In this document: positions 35,636 to 48,662 of the stretch, piece after piece | Position numbering within the stretch: the first letter of the stretch is position 1 | Layout: each line of letters begins with the position of its first letter | NCBI GenBank assembly: GCA_014905635.1 | Contig: CM026548.1 | Location: 248,001 to 312,000, forward strand | Origin: Scenedesmus sp. PABB004 | Lineage: Eukaryota | Length of the DNA: 64,000 nt | Direction of reading: 5' to 3' | The notes under the pieces: generated by a model | The model's input: only the letters and a program-made list of their open reading frames with translations | Database searches by the model: none | What the model was told of the DNA's origin: nothing | Translations under genes and position numbers: made by a program

Positions 35636-38600
35636 ATGCGGGGCTCGCTTCGTGGCCCGGCGCGCCAGCCAGCGCCCGCCGCGGCGCGCCACGGCGGCCG
35701 GCCCGGACAGCAGCGGTGAGCGCGCGGCGCGGGCGGGCGTGCTGCTCGGGAGGCGCCATTGGCCGGTCGCACGCCGCTCCCGGGCCGCGGCGGCCGGGCG
35801 CGGGCGCCACGCGCGCAGCGGGGCCTCCGGTCGCGCAGCGGTGGCTGCTGCCGGCCCTGGGCGCCCGCCGCGCGAGGGGCGGGGTCGCTCCGGCGCCGGT
35901 GACGGCGCGCGAGGCTACCCAAATGCCGCGCCGCCGCCGATCGAGGCGGGCTGCGTCGCGGGGGGATCGGCTGCTGCTGCCAGCGCGGCGCCCCGGCGCC
36001 CCGGGCCCGGGGGCCGCCCTCTGATGCGCCCTCGCCCGCCCCACGCCCGCCGCGCTCCGCCAGGCGGCCGCCGCGGCCCGCGCAGGTTGCGCGCGTGGCG
36101 CAGGGCAACTCAGACACCGCAGCAGCGGCCGGCGTGCACGACGCGGCGGCGCCGCTCGTCGCCGGCGGCGCCCTCGGCGGCGTGCCGGGCAATGCCGTGC
36201 CCAGCCTGGCGCACGCCGCGGTCGGCGCGGCCGCGGCGGCGGCGCTGCCGTACCGGGGCGCGCCGCCGCCGGGCGTGAGCGACGTGGGCGCGCTGCACTT
36301 TGGCGGCGACGGCCGCGACGGCCGTGCCGGCGGCGGCAGGAGCAGCGGCGGCGCGGCGCAGCAGCACGCCGCGGCCCTCGCCGAGCAGCAGCAGCAGGAG
36401 GCGCACGCGCCGCGGGCGCAGCAGGGGCAGTCGGGGCAGCAGGCGCAGCAGGCGCAGCAGGCGTCGCAGCAGCAGGCGTGGCAGCCGCCGCGCTACCGCC
36501 GCGAGGGCGTGCGGCTGCGCAGCAAGCGCGACATCCAGGCCGCGCAGCGCCTCGGCGGCCGTGGCGCGGCGGTGGACGACCTGCGCGCGCTGCTCGCGGG
36601 CCGCGACGGCCGCGCGAGCGCGCCGCCGCGCGCGGCGCCGACGGCGGCGACGCGGCGGCGGAGCTCGAGGCGGCCGGCGACGCGCGGCTGGAGGCGTTCA
36701 TTGAGCAGCTGCTGTGCGCGAAGCGCCACGCGTGGGAGCAGGACCGCGGCGGCCCGGCGCCGCCGCCGCCCGACGGCGGCGGCGGCGCGCTGCCGCCGGG
36801 GCTGCTCGAGGGCGTGGGCAGCCTGCCGGCCGACGAGCTCGCGCGCGCCGCGGCCGACCTCGCGCGCCGCGGGCAGCTCACCGCGTCGCTCCTCGTCATG
36901 GAGGAGGCGGCCGCGGCGGGGCGGGCCGACGCGCTGTCCAAGGTCAGCCACAAGACCTTCCTGCGCGCCGCGGGCGCCGCGGGCGCGGGCCGCGCGGTGC
37001 TGCGCTTCCTCGCCGCGCTGCCGCCGGGCGCGGCCGATGCGCGGACGTACAACCTGGCGCTCAAGGCCTGCGCCGACGCGCGCGACCTGCCGGCGGCGCT
37101 CAAGGTCGTCGACGCGATGGCCAGCCGGCAGGTCCCCGTGGACGTCATGCACTACACCACGCTCATCCGGGGTGCGGCGCACGACCGCCGGCCGCGCCGC
37201 GCCGCCGGCCGCGCGCTGCCCCGCCCGCGTCCGCGTTTGCGCCCGCGCCCGCCGCCCGACCGCCGACGCGCCCGCCGCCCGCCCGCCGCCGCGCGCAGTC
37301 TGCGCCGCCGCGGGCGACGTGGGCCAGGCGTTTGCGGTGTTTGCCAAGGCCAAGGCCGCCGCCGCGGCGCCCGCGGCGGCGGGGGACGCCTCGGCGGAGC
37401 TCGACTCGCACGTCTACGGCGCGCTCGTCGCCGCGTGCGCGCAGGTGGGGGCGCCGCGCCGCCGCGGCCGCGCGCACCCCGGCGCCCCGCGCGCGCGGCC
37501 GCCCGCCGCCGCGCGGCGCCGTGCGCGGCGGGCGCGTCAGCCGCCGCCGACGCCGACGCCGCCGCGCCCGCCGCCTCGTGTACGCGCGCGCGCGGCCGCG
37601 CGCTTGCAGGGCATCAAGGCGCGCAGCAGCGACCGCAAGGACCAGCTCGTGCTGCTCGACCGCGCGTTTGGCGTGCTGACCGAGGCGCTCGACGCGGGCG
37701 CGCGGCTCGACACGCCGGTGTGGAACGCGCTGCTCATGTGCGCGGGGCGGTGCCGGCAGCTGCAGCGCTGCTTCGAGGCGCTCGACCTCATGAGCGCCGG
37801 CGGCGTGCCCAGCGACGCGACGACCTTCACCTGCCTCATCGAGGCGGCGGTGCTCGCGGGCGAGACCGACATCGCGCAGCGCGTCTTCGCGCGCGCGATG
37901 GCCGCGGGCGTCACGAGTAGCGTGCAGGTGCGGCGCCGCGCGGCGCCGCGCAGCGCGGCCGCCCGCCCCGCCGCCCGCCGCGCGCCCGCGCGCCGCCCCG
38001 CTGCCCTGACGCCGCGCCGCGCCCGCCGCCGCGCCGCTCTCACCAGCTGTACACGGCGGCGATCAACGCGTGCATGGCCAACGACGGCACCAACTTTGAG
38101 GCCGCGTTTGACATCTACGCCGCGATGCAGCGCCACGGCGTCGAGCCGGACGACCTGCTCTTTGGGCACCTCATCGCGCTCGCGGGGCGCTGCCGCCGCC
38201 TCGAGGCGCGCGCCGCGCGCGGCGCGCCGCCGCGGCGGCGCCGCCGCTGTCGGCGTTTGAAAACGTCGTTCAAAACACGCCTGACGTTTCAAACGCGCGC
38301 GCGCAGGTCGCGTTCGACCTGCTCGAGGACATGCGCGCGAGCGGGCTGCGCCCGTCAACGGCGACGTGCAGCGGCCTCATCTACGCGTGCCTGCAGAGCG
38401 GCAACGCCGCCGCGGCGCGCAAGGTGTACGACACGCTGCTCGCGCGCGGCGTCGCGCCGCACCAGAGCCAGTTCAACGCCCTGCTCGAGCAGGCAGCGCT
38501 GCGCGGGCAGCTCGGCAACGTCGTGAGCCTGCTCACGTCCATGGTCGGCGCGGGCATCGCGCCAAACGCAAACACCTTCAGGCGCGGCGGCGAAGCGAGC

Positions 38601-40588
38601 GCACGCGCGCAGGCCCGCGGCGCCGCACCGCGCCCGCGGCGCCGCGCCGCCGCGCCGCCCGCGCGCCGGCACGCCGCTGACGCTCTGCTGACGCGCCGCG
38701 CCGCCGCGCCCGCGCCCCCGCGTCTGTGCGCGCAGGATCCTGCTGCTCGCCTGCCAGCGCGCGGACCAGGCGGAGCTCGCGTTTGAGCTGTACGCCATCA
38801 TGAAGGCGCGGGGGCTCACGCCAAAGCACAACAACGCGCACAGCATCGCGTACACGCTGCTCAAGTGCTGCCTCAACCGCACGCGCAAGGCCTGGCGCCC
38901 CGGCGGCTACCCGCCGCGCGCGGAGCCGGCGGGGCCGTACAGCGCGCTGCCGTCGCTGCGGCCCGCCGAGGCGCGGCAGCTGCTGCACGTGCTCGAGCCG
39001 GCGCCGGGGCCGGGCGGCGGCGCGCCCGGCGGCGGCGGCGGCGCGGCGGGGCGCGGCGCGGCGCGGCGGCACACCTTCATCGACAACGCCGACAACATCA
39101 ACTGGCCCCTCCTCGCGCTCAGCACCTACAGGCACGTGGCCGCGCACGCGCCGCCGCGCGCCGCCGCCGTGGGCCGTGGCGCCGCCGCCGCGGCCCGCCG
39201 CCCCGCCGCGCACCGCCGGCAGCGCGCGCGGCGCCGCCGCGCCGCGCTCAACACGCCGCGCTGCCCGCCACGGCCCGCCCCGCTGCACGTCGCAGGGACT
39301 TCATCTCGTGGGGCTACAAACCCCACCTGGAGGTGCTGGACAAGCTGCTCGCCTGCCTGCGCCTGCAGCCGGCGGCGACCGCGGCGGCGGCGCAGCGCCG
39401 CGCCGCGGACGCCGCGCGTGCGGCGCAGCTGCAGGCGCAGCTCGCGCCGCTCGTGCCGGGCCAGGCGCAGGCGCTGCTGGAGGAGCAGTGCGCGGTGGAC
39501 GACGAGCCCTGCGCCAAGACGCAGGTCCGCCCGCCCGCCCGCCCGCCCGCCCGCCCGCCCGCCCGCCCGCACCTGCGGGCCAGGCCGCGCCGCGTCCCCC
39601 GCCCGCCCGCCCACCCTGCCACGCCGCCGTGCCGCGCGCAGGCCATCCTGCGCGAGCTCGCGTCCAACGCGGGCGCGCCGCCGTCGGGCGACGCCGCGGA
39701 GCGGCCGTACGAGGTGCCGTTTGACAAGCGGGCGATGGACGCGGTGCTGGACGCGATCAACATGGGACTCCTGCCGGCGATGAAGGTGAGAGAGAGAGAG
39801 AGGGAGGGCCCCCGCGCCGCGCCGCGCGCCGCGCCGCCTCCTCGGGGCGGGCCTCCCTGCGCCTGCCGCACCGCACCCCACGCCCGCCGCGCCCGCGCAC
39901 CCGCCGCGCGGCGCCGCGCCACAGCTCGACGCGCCGCTGACGGTCGACATGCGCGGCTTCCCGCCGTGCGTGGCCGAGGCGTACGTCAACGTGCTTATGG
40001 CGGCGCTCGAGTCGCGCGGCAAGGCGGCCGCCGGCGGCGAGCCGGGGCGGCGCGGCGCGGTGTCGCAGCCGGTGCGGCTGTTTGTGCCGCCGTTTGACCC
40101 CAACTTTGTGATGTGGCCGTCCTACGTGGACAAGCTCTTCGTGCACTACAACGAGCAGCTGCTCGCGCGCCAGGTGTGGGCATGGCAAGGGACCGCGGCA
40201 GCGACCGCGGCGGCGGCGGTGGCGCGGGCAGCGGCGGCGGCATTGGCGGCGGCAGAGGACACGGCGGCGCCCGGGGGCGCTCACACGCCCCCGCCCCGCC
40301 GCGCCGCGCCGCGCCGCATGCAGGCCCAGCTGCGCGCCGAGGCCGAGGCGGCGCGCCGGCGCGCGGCCGCGCTCGCGGTGCGCGGCTTTGCCGGCGGCGG
40401 CGACGAGGAGGAGGAGCTGCAGGACGAGGCGCTGGGCATGCCCTTTGGCGCGCGTGGCGGCGGCCCGCGCGGCGGCGGCCGCGGCGCCGGCTTTGGCCGC
40501 GGCGGGCCCGGCCCGCGCGGCAGCTGGGAGTCGCTGGACAGCCTGGACGAGGCCATGGCGGTGCCGCCGCCGGTGCCGTACGGCGCGC

Positions 40589-40622
<34 letters not shown>

Positions 40623-41107
40623 GCCGGGCGGGCCTGGCGGCGGCGCGCCCGCCGGCGCCGCGGGCGCGGGGCGCTACCTCGCGGGCGGCGTGACCGGCCT
40701 CGCCGTCACGGCGACGTTCCGGCGGCTCAAGGCGTACGCCAAGGTCGACGCCGCGGCGGGCGCGCTGCGCCTCGAGCCGAGCGAGATCAACCGCTGGCTC
40801 GGCGCCAAGCTCGGGTACGAGGAGGAGCGGCGCCGCCTCGCGCGCGAGGCCGAGGCGGCCGCGAGCGGCTACAGCAGCACCGCGGCATACTACCAGCAGC
40901 ACGTCTACGTCGCGCCGTCGTCCGCGCCCTGGATGGCGGGCGGCGGCGCGCCGCGGCAGCAGATGGCGGCCGCCGCGGCGCAGCGCTGGGCGCGGCAGGT
41001 GCAGCAGGGCCAGCCAGTGGCGGGCGCCGGCGCCGGCGCCGGCGCGGCGGCGCGCCCGCAGCAGCCGGCGCAGGGCGAGGCGGCCGCGGCCGCGGCGCAG
41101 CAGCAGG

Positions 41108-41151
<44 letters not shown>

Positions 41152-41387
41152 CAGCCGCCGGAGCAGCAGCACGGCGACGGCGCCAGCGGCGGCGGCGGCG
41201 GGCGGCCAGCGATCGGGACCTACCGCGGCCTCCCCGGCGCGCCCCTGGCCAGCGGCCAGGACGCGCCGCCGGGCCCGCCGCCGGGCTTTGGCGCGCCCGG
41301 CAGGGGCGGGCTGTCGGCGCTGGACCAGCAGAGCCGCAACATCCGGCTCGGCATGGCCGGTGCGGCGCAGCCGCTGCGCCCGCTGCC

Positions 41388-41444
<57 letters not shown>

Positions 41445-41580
41445 CGCGCCCGGCGGCGGCGCTGGCCGCGAGCGGCGCGCGCGGAGCGGCGCGGGCGCGC
41501 CCGACGCGGCCGCCGCTGCGGCCGCGGGCGAGGGCGAGGCCGCCAGCAGCGGCGGCGGCGGCGGCGCACAGGCGCGGTAG
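35636..41580 (+). CDS. MRL1: Chloroplast PPR protein MRL1 (rbcL mRNA maturation/stability); start uncertain, spliced
   Basis: Many PPR repeats (TYNLALKAC, HYTTLI, VYGALVAAC, VWNALLMC, TFTCLI). C-terminal WPLLALSTYR...LACLRL, FDKRAMD, PPCVAEAYV, LRLEPSEINRWL and QQSRNIRLG resemble the plant MRL1 C-domain as remembered. Confidence 0.85.
41389..41442 (+). repeat. (CAG)n poly-Gln microsatellite in MRL1; similar tracts near 21474-21507, 22884-22928, 41113-41146 and (CTG)n 48609-48658
   Basis: Direct reading of the sequence. Confidence 0.9.
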
Positions 41581-42114
41581 GGCGCCGGCTGCTCGCGCGC
41601 GGTCGTGGGCTGGGCCAGAGCTGGGCGGCCGCACGGTGCATGCGTGCACCGTGGTGTGGGGAGCGCGGGCGGTGGCGAGCACTCGGCTCGCGCGGGGCGC
41701 TCAGCACACGGCGCGCCCGGCGCGGTGAGCGTGCGGGGGCGGCCCCGCCGTGACTGGACTGCCCCCGGAGGGGCGAGATACCTTGCGCAGTAACCCTTGC
41801 GCTGCCGTTGCTGCGGTTGTCCCCGGTTCAGGCGGCCGTTAGCGGGCAGCTGCTCTCGCCCGGCCAGGAGTGAGGCCAGGAGTGCGGCGTCAACGGCGGC
41901 CGCCGTTGTGGTTGTTCCTGCGGCGGCTCGGGTTCCGCGGCCGGTTCCGGCCCGGCTTAAGCCCACCCGTCGCCGGTGACGCGTCACGAGCAGGCCGGAC
42001 CCGCTGCCGCACGCGCCGCTGGGGCGCCCGGGAGGCAGCCGCCTTGCTCCGCGCTGCTGGGCGCGGCCGGGGGGCGCGGAGCACAATCGCGCACTCTCTG
42101 ACGGAGTGCGTCCC

Positions 42115-45100
42115 ATGGCGGCCCTGCCCCTGCGTGCGGCGTGGCTCGCGGTGCTCCTGGCGAGCGGTGGGGGCCGCATCCATTCTCCGCCCGCCGCCTG
42201 CGCGCCGTGCGACGCCGATCTCCCCTTAGAGCACCCGCCGATGCGCTGACAGCCCGTCACTGACTGCCGTGCGCTCGCCGCACCGCCGCAGGCTGCGCGG
42301 CTGTCGCGGCGGCAACAGCAGCAGCGGCGCCGGGTGACGACGCGCTCGCTGCTCTGCTCTCGGGGTTCCCAGCGTCGGACCAGCCCGCAAGCTGCGGCCA
42401 GCCAAGTAAAAGCGCGCGGCGTGCCCGCCGCGCGCCCACCGCCCGCCGCGCGCCCACCGCCCGCGCTCACGACTCGCCGCCCGCCGCGCCGCGCAGGCGA
42501 CGCCTGGCCGCCGCCGCGCGGCGTGGCGGTGCCGCCGCTGGCCGGCGGCGTGCGGCCCAACTTCATCGTGATCCTCACCGACGACCAGGGCTGGGACGAC
42601 ATCGGGCTCAACAACCCGGGCTGGGTCGAGACGCCCCACCTCGACGCCTTCATCGCGGGCGGGACGTTGTTTGACAACTTTTACACCGCGCCCGAGGTGC
42701 GGCCGCCCCGCCAGCGCCGCGCGTGTGCCGCCCCGCGGCGCGCCGACGCGGCCGCGCCCGCCGCGCTGCGCACTGCAGTGCGCGCAGACGCGTGCGAGCC
42801 TCTACACCGGCCGCACCCACGCGCGCACGGGCGTGCTGCGCACCAACGGCGGCTACGACTTCCTGGACCCCCGCGAGACGACCGTCGCGACCACGCTCGG
42901 CGACGGCGGCTATTTGACCGCCCACTTTGGCAAATGTGCGCGCGGGCGCGCGCCGGGGGCGGGCGGGCGGGCGCCAGGGCCGGCGCCGGCGGCGTACGCT
43001 CACACGTTTGTGCCCCGCCGCGGGGCACAGGGCATAATGTGGGCATCGCGGGGTATGAGCCCTGGCGCTGCGGCTTCAACGAGAGCTGGGACGGCGAGCG
43101 CAACTTTGCGCCGGGGGACGTCGAATCTCGCCGCGGTCGGCCGAGGAAGTCCGGCCGCTTTCACGCCAGCGTGGCGCCGCGCGGCGTCGCCGCTGAGCCG
43201 CTCGGCGGGGAGGGCGCCGCTGGTGCTGCCGACGACGACGATGGCAGCGGGCCGACGAGCTTCGTGCTTCGTCGCAACGGCATCTTTGTGCCGCGGCAGG
43301 CCGCTGCCAAGGCCGGCGTCACCGCCGCGGCAGCCCCGGGCCAGGGCGGCGCGCCCGGCCCGCCGAACAGCACCGAAGAGGCGCTCCTGCTGCTGGGCTC
43401 GCTCGAGCACGGCCTGTTCAACCGGACGCGCGACTTTATCAGCCGCCGCGTCGTGGCCGGCCCCGGCGGCGCGCCGCAGCCCGACCCGGACCAGCCTTTC
43501 TTTGTCTACCTGGCAGCAGACTCCATCCACACGTGCGCGCGCCTCGCCGCCTCGCGGTGCCGCCGCGCGCGCATCGGCGCGCCCGGCCGGCCGCGCCCCG
43601 CCGGCCGCGCCCGCCGCCGACGCGCCGGCGCGCGCGCCGGCCGCGCCGCTGCCCCGCGCAGGCGCGCCGAGCGCAGCCTGTCCCACTTTGTGCGCCGCTC
43701 CTATCCGCTGCCCTACAAGCGCCGCATGGCCGCTGACCCGCGCTACGCGGGCATCGCCGACGCCACGCTCGACGCGTGGGCGGCGCTCAAATACCTCGAC
43801 GACCTGCTGGTGCGTGTGCGGGCCGGTCGGGACGGTCGGCCGGCGCTGGTTGGCGGTGTGTGGGCCCCGGCCCTCACGCCGGCGCACCGCCCCGCCCCGG
43901 TGCGCAGGGCGAGCTGCTGGGCTTTGTTGAGAGCATGCCGTTTGCCAACTCTACGTACATCATGATCGCCTCAGACAACGGCGCCCAGCTCCTCTCGGGC
44001 GAGGACAAGCAGGCGAGGGCGCGCGCACGCCCCGGGCGGCCGCCGCCGCGGGCGCCACCGCCGCCGCGCGCCAATCCCCCCTCCACCTCCCCGCCGGCAG
44101 GTGCGCATGCCGTCCGGCATGTCCGGCCTCAAGCACTCCACGACTGAGGGTGGCATCCGCACCTTCCTAGCTGTCCGGGGCCCGGGTGTGGAGGCGGGAC
44201 GCGTTGACAGCACGCTGGTGGGCGTTGCGGACATCGCGCCCACGCTGCTCGACCTCGCGGGCCTGAGCAAGCCGGCGGGCGTGACCTGGGACGGCGCGAG
44301 CGTCGCCAACCTGCTGCGCGTCGAGCCGCGGCGCGGCGTGCCGGCCTCGCCCTTCCGCGGCCGTTCCCTGGCGACCGCGGCGCAGCGGCGGCGCGTGCTG
44401 CTGGGCCTCGGCCCTTGGTGCTGGGACGCCAACGTGCTGCCGAAGCTCGGGTGGGACAGGTGCGCGCTCGCGCGCGCGCCTACGTGGCGCCGCGGCACGG
44501 GGCGCGCGTGGCGCCGGCCCGAGCTCGGCTCCGCTCACCGTGTCGCACCGCGCCGCAGGGAGGTGGCGCGCCCGCAGCCGCTCTTTGACTATGACACCGG
44601 CGGCGTCAAGATCTACAGGGACGGCCGGACCAAGCTGGGATTTGGCTGGGAGCGCTGCATCGAGGCGCGCTTCATGGATTACAAGTGGACGCCCGAGCAG
44701 CAGGGTGCACTGTACAAGTGCGGCGGCCTCGCGGTGCCGCGCCGCTCCGGGCGCGGCCGCGGCGCGGCGCCCGCGCAGCGCGGCAGCTGATGCTCCTCCC
44801 GCCCTCGTCTTCTTGTTGCGCTGCGCCGCGCCGCGCCGCGCAGATTTGAGGGGCGCTCTCACGTCGAGGGCGGCTGCAGCCTCGTGTACGGCGCCGAGGC
44901 GGCGCGCGTGGTCGCCGCGCTGCGCGCGCGCGCGCGCCGCTGGTGGGCGTCCATTGTGGCTGAGCCGCACTCGTTTAGCAAGCCTGTCTTCTTCCTCGGC
45001 CTGCCGCCCTCCAACGTGTCCAACATCCTCGCCGCCGGCGCGTTTGAGCGCACGCCCGGGCGCGTCACGCTCAAGTCGAACGGCGCCACCGGCTTCGTGG

Positions 45101-45747
45101 AGCCCGGCGACCGCGCGTGTTACAAAATTCAGGTCGTGACCGCCGCTGACTACGACTGGGTGGTGTTTTATACCGGCAACGCGAGCGCGACCGTGCGGCT
45201 GTCGGTCGGCACCAAGGCGGAGCTCACCGACGGCCGCGCGGCGTCCGTCACCGCCGACCTGCCGCCGCACGTGCGCGCCGGCGCGGCCGCAGCGCTGTGG
45301 TGCCGCAGCGCCGCCGACGCCGGGCGCTGCGCGCCTGCGCGTCGTCGCCACCTGGCTCAGCCCGCCCGCTGCCGCGCGGCGCCGCAGGGCAACAAGATGA
45401 GCGGCGAGCCGCTCGGCCGCCTGACGCTGCCCGCGTCGCGCGGCACGTGGGGCGTGGCCAACTCGGCCGCGGGCAAGACCGAGGCCTGCCTGGAGCTGGT
45501 GGCCACGAGCGCGGCGGGCGGCGACGCGACGTTCAAGCTCGTGGGCGCGCTGCGCGCGACGATGCTCGCCGCCGGCGACAACGGCGCCGCGCTGCGGTCG
45601 GGCGCGGCCGCAGGCGCGCTCGCGTCGGACGACGATTTTCGGCTCAGCTTTGCGCTGCCGGCGGGGCAGGGCCTGCTGGAGAGCCCTTATTCGCCTTATA
45701 CCACCGAGGACATAAGCGACTGCGAGGCCTGCAACCCGCTGCTGTGA
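42115..45747 (+). CDS. Secreted formylglycine-type (S1) sulfatase, spliced
   Basis: Signal peptide; RPNFIVILTDDQGWDDIG, TPHLD, PE|CAQTRASLYTGR, GYLTAHFGK|WHN, YLDD, ASDNG, EGGIR, ADIAPTLLDLAG. Confidence 0.9.
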
Positions 45748-46306
45748 CGGTCGTCACAGCGCCAGCACAGGGGCCGCGTCTGTGCCACTTTCATGGGGGG
45801 GATTTCCCCACACCAGCAGCTCCACCAAACGGGCCGCGAGGCCGGCGCTAGCGGTGGTGGCACGCCGCGCGTACCAAGCATTCTGGTCGGGCTGACCAGA
45901 TGCCGAGTAGCCAGGGTGCGCTGTTTTGGCGGGGTCAAAATTCTGCCCTCTGCCCTCGAAAGTTCTGCCCACTGGCCTGGGCACGCGTCTGCGCCCAACC
46001 GGGCATGTTGTTTGAATGGGGAGCACTGCTGCGCGCGGCCAGATGTGTGCCCGCGCCACCACGACTTGTGGTTGCTCACGGCACTGCACTGCACGCTGCT
46101 GGCGTGTGTATAGCTGGAGAAACGTGGGCGGAAGGAAGGTGGAGGGAGAAAGGCGGGAGAGCAGGTGGGGCGAGCGCACGGGCAAGCCTGTCGGGCCTTG
46201 TGCTGCGTGTGCTGTGCGCCGCGCCTGCTGGCCGCGCTGCGCGCTGCGCGTTGCGCGCTGCGCGTTGCTGCTGTTGACAACACGTGGGCGTTTGTTTGTT
46301 CAATTT

Positions 46307-46311
46307 TGTAA
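46307..46311 (+). promoter_or_regulatory. Chlorophyte polyadenylation signal TGTAA, probably for the sulfatase
   Basis: TGTAA in a T-rich context 560 nt after the sulfatase stop. Confidence 0.55.
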
Positions 46312-46343
46312 CTCCCGCGCGCTCCCCAGCAGCTGATGCAGCC

Positions 46344-48607
46344 TCACTGGAAGATGCCCACCACGCCGACGTCGCCGTGCGCGGCGCCGGACCCGCCAGC
46401 GCCACCCGCGCTGCGGGCCACGGGCGACGCCTCTGTGCGGACCGGCGCGGCGGGGTGCGCTGGCCCCGCCGCGCGCTCGTTGCCGCCGCCCGGCGCCCAC
46501 GGGCTGACCGGCGCCGCGCCGCCGCGCGGCGCCAGCACGGCGCCCGCGCCCGCCGGCAGCAGGCCGAGCGCGGCCAGGTCTGCCGGGTCGGGCGCGAGGC
46601 CGGCCGGCGTGGTGTCCCAGGGGTCGCGCGGCAGGTCCTGCGGGCGCACGAGCTCGAGCGCTTCGTCCACGCTGGCGAGCGACGCGTAGGCGATGGCGGT
46701 GCTGGACGTGGCCAGGATGGTCGGCCACAGCTCCCGGGGGTCGGCCCGCGGCGGCGGCGACTGTGGGGCGGCCCCCTCGGCCGCCGAGCGCGGCGCCTGC
46801 GCCTGCCAGGGCGGCGCCCACCACGGCCCGTCGGGCGGCGGCGGCTGGTGCTCCAGCGGCGCCGCGTCCTCGGCGTTGCTCAGCAGCCGGCTCAGCCAGG
46901 AGCCGCCCTTGCCCCGCTGCGCTGTCCCCGGCGGCGGCGACTCGGCAAACGCCTGCGCCACTGCCGCAGGCCCGGGCTCGCCACCGCCGCGCTGCCACAG
47001 CACGGCGCCGCCGGCGTCCGCCGGCGGCGCTGCGAGCTGGCCGTCGTCGCCTCGCTGCCACAGCACGCCGCCGCCGGCCACCGCGGCGCCCGCCGCCGAC
47101 GCGACCACGGCGGGCGGCGCCGGCTCCTCCTGCCGCTGCCACAGCACGCTTGGGCCGGCGCCGGCGCCGGCTGGCGCGCCAACGGCCGCGCCCGATGCTG
47201 CGCCTGCGTCGTACGCCGTGCTGGGTGGGTACGCGGCCGGCGCGCCCGGCCAGGGCGGTCCTGCCGCCGCTGCCGCTGGCGCCTCGGCCAGGTCTGCGAC
47301 GTTGTCTAGCAGCCGCGCCTTGCGGCTGCTTGCGGGCTGCCTCGCGCCGGCCGCGGCGTTGGGCGCCGCCGCCTCGCCGGCAGCAGAAGCTGCTGCCCCG
47401 GGGGCGGCGTCTCCGGCGGTTGCGTCAGCGGCGGCGGCGACAGCAGCCGGCGAGGCGTCGCCGCTCGCCCCGGCGCTCGGCGTCGCCGCCTCGCTCGCAG
47501 GCTCGCCGCCCTCCTCGGCCGACAGCTGCTGCAGCAGCCCCGTGAGCTTGCTGCCGCTCGCCAGCTGCCCGCTCAGGAGCGGCTGCAGCACCGACGAGAG
47601 CAGCAGCACCGCGCCGCCCGCCGCCGCGGTGAGGCCCAGGGTCGCGGCCACGGTGGCGCCCTGCTCCTCTGCAAACGCCTCCAGCGAAGCACCCAGCTCA
47701 TCCCTGTGAGCGGGGCGGCACGCGTCTCGCACTCGGCTGCAGCGCACGCAGCCTCTGGCCCCGCGCGCAGCCTGCAGCCGCCGCGCGGCGCCGCCGCGCC
47801 CGACCAGCACTCACCTCGCCGCCGCGGCGCCGTCGCGAAGCGAGCCCAGCAGGCCACCCGCGTCTGGCTCAAAGCGACCTGGCGGCGCGCCGTCGCCGCC
47901 CGCTGCCTCGCCGCCCGCCACCGCGCCATAGTCGGCCGGGCCCTGCCCGCCGGGCAGCCACCGCAGCAGGCCCGCCAGCCTGCCGCCCAGCCCCCCCACT
48001 GGGGTGCTGCCAGCCTCGTCGGCAGCGCTCGGCACGCCCGCCAGCTCGTCTGCTGCCCCCGGCGCGCCAAACAGCAGGCCACCAGTCACGTCCAACTCCC
48101 CGGCGTCAGCGTCCGCCTCCGCGTCATCCGGTGGCGGCGGCTGCTGCGGCTGCTCCTTGGGCGCCGGCGGCGGCGCCGCTGCCGCGCCTGCGGCTGCCGG
48201 GGGTGCAGGCGCGGCCTCCTGGCCGCCCGCGGCTGCCGACAGGCCCGCCGCGGGCGCCGGCTGCTGCTTCAGCAGCCCCAGCGGTGCGCCTTGCTGCGGC
48301 TGCTCCCTCCTGGCGGGCGCCGCCGGCGCCGCTGCGTCCCCATCCTGCTGCTGCTCCTGCTGCTGCTGCTGCTGCTGCTGCTCGCTGTCCCCCCCAAACA
48401 AGCCCAGCGGCGACCGCCACGGCAGCAAGGGCCGCCGGCCGGCGTCGGCGGCCGCGAGCGCGCCGTCGCCTGCGAGCGCGTCGCCCACCACCGCGGGCGC
48501 CGCCGCGGGCGCCGGAACCGGCGTGCCGCCCACGCCGAGCGACCACAGGCCGGCGAGGCCCTTGCGCAGCGCGCCCGCGAGCTGCGCCGGCCCGCCCGGG
48601 CGCTCGA

Positions 48608-48662
<55 letters not shown>

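Noticed and set aside
1..45747. Nutrient-acquisition gene cluster (P, Fe, Zn, S genes)
   Set aside because: These genes are interspersed with unrelated housekeeping genes, and there is no evidence of co-regulation from sequence alone.
48340..48660. Poly-Cys ORFs on the + strand
   Set aside because: They are antisense readings of poly-Gln (CAG) tracts of the minus-strand gene.
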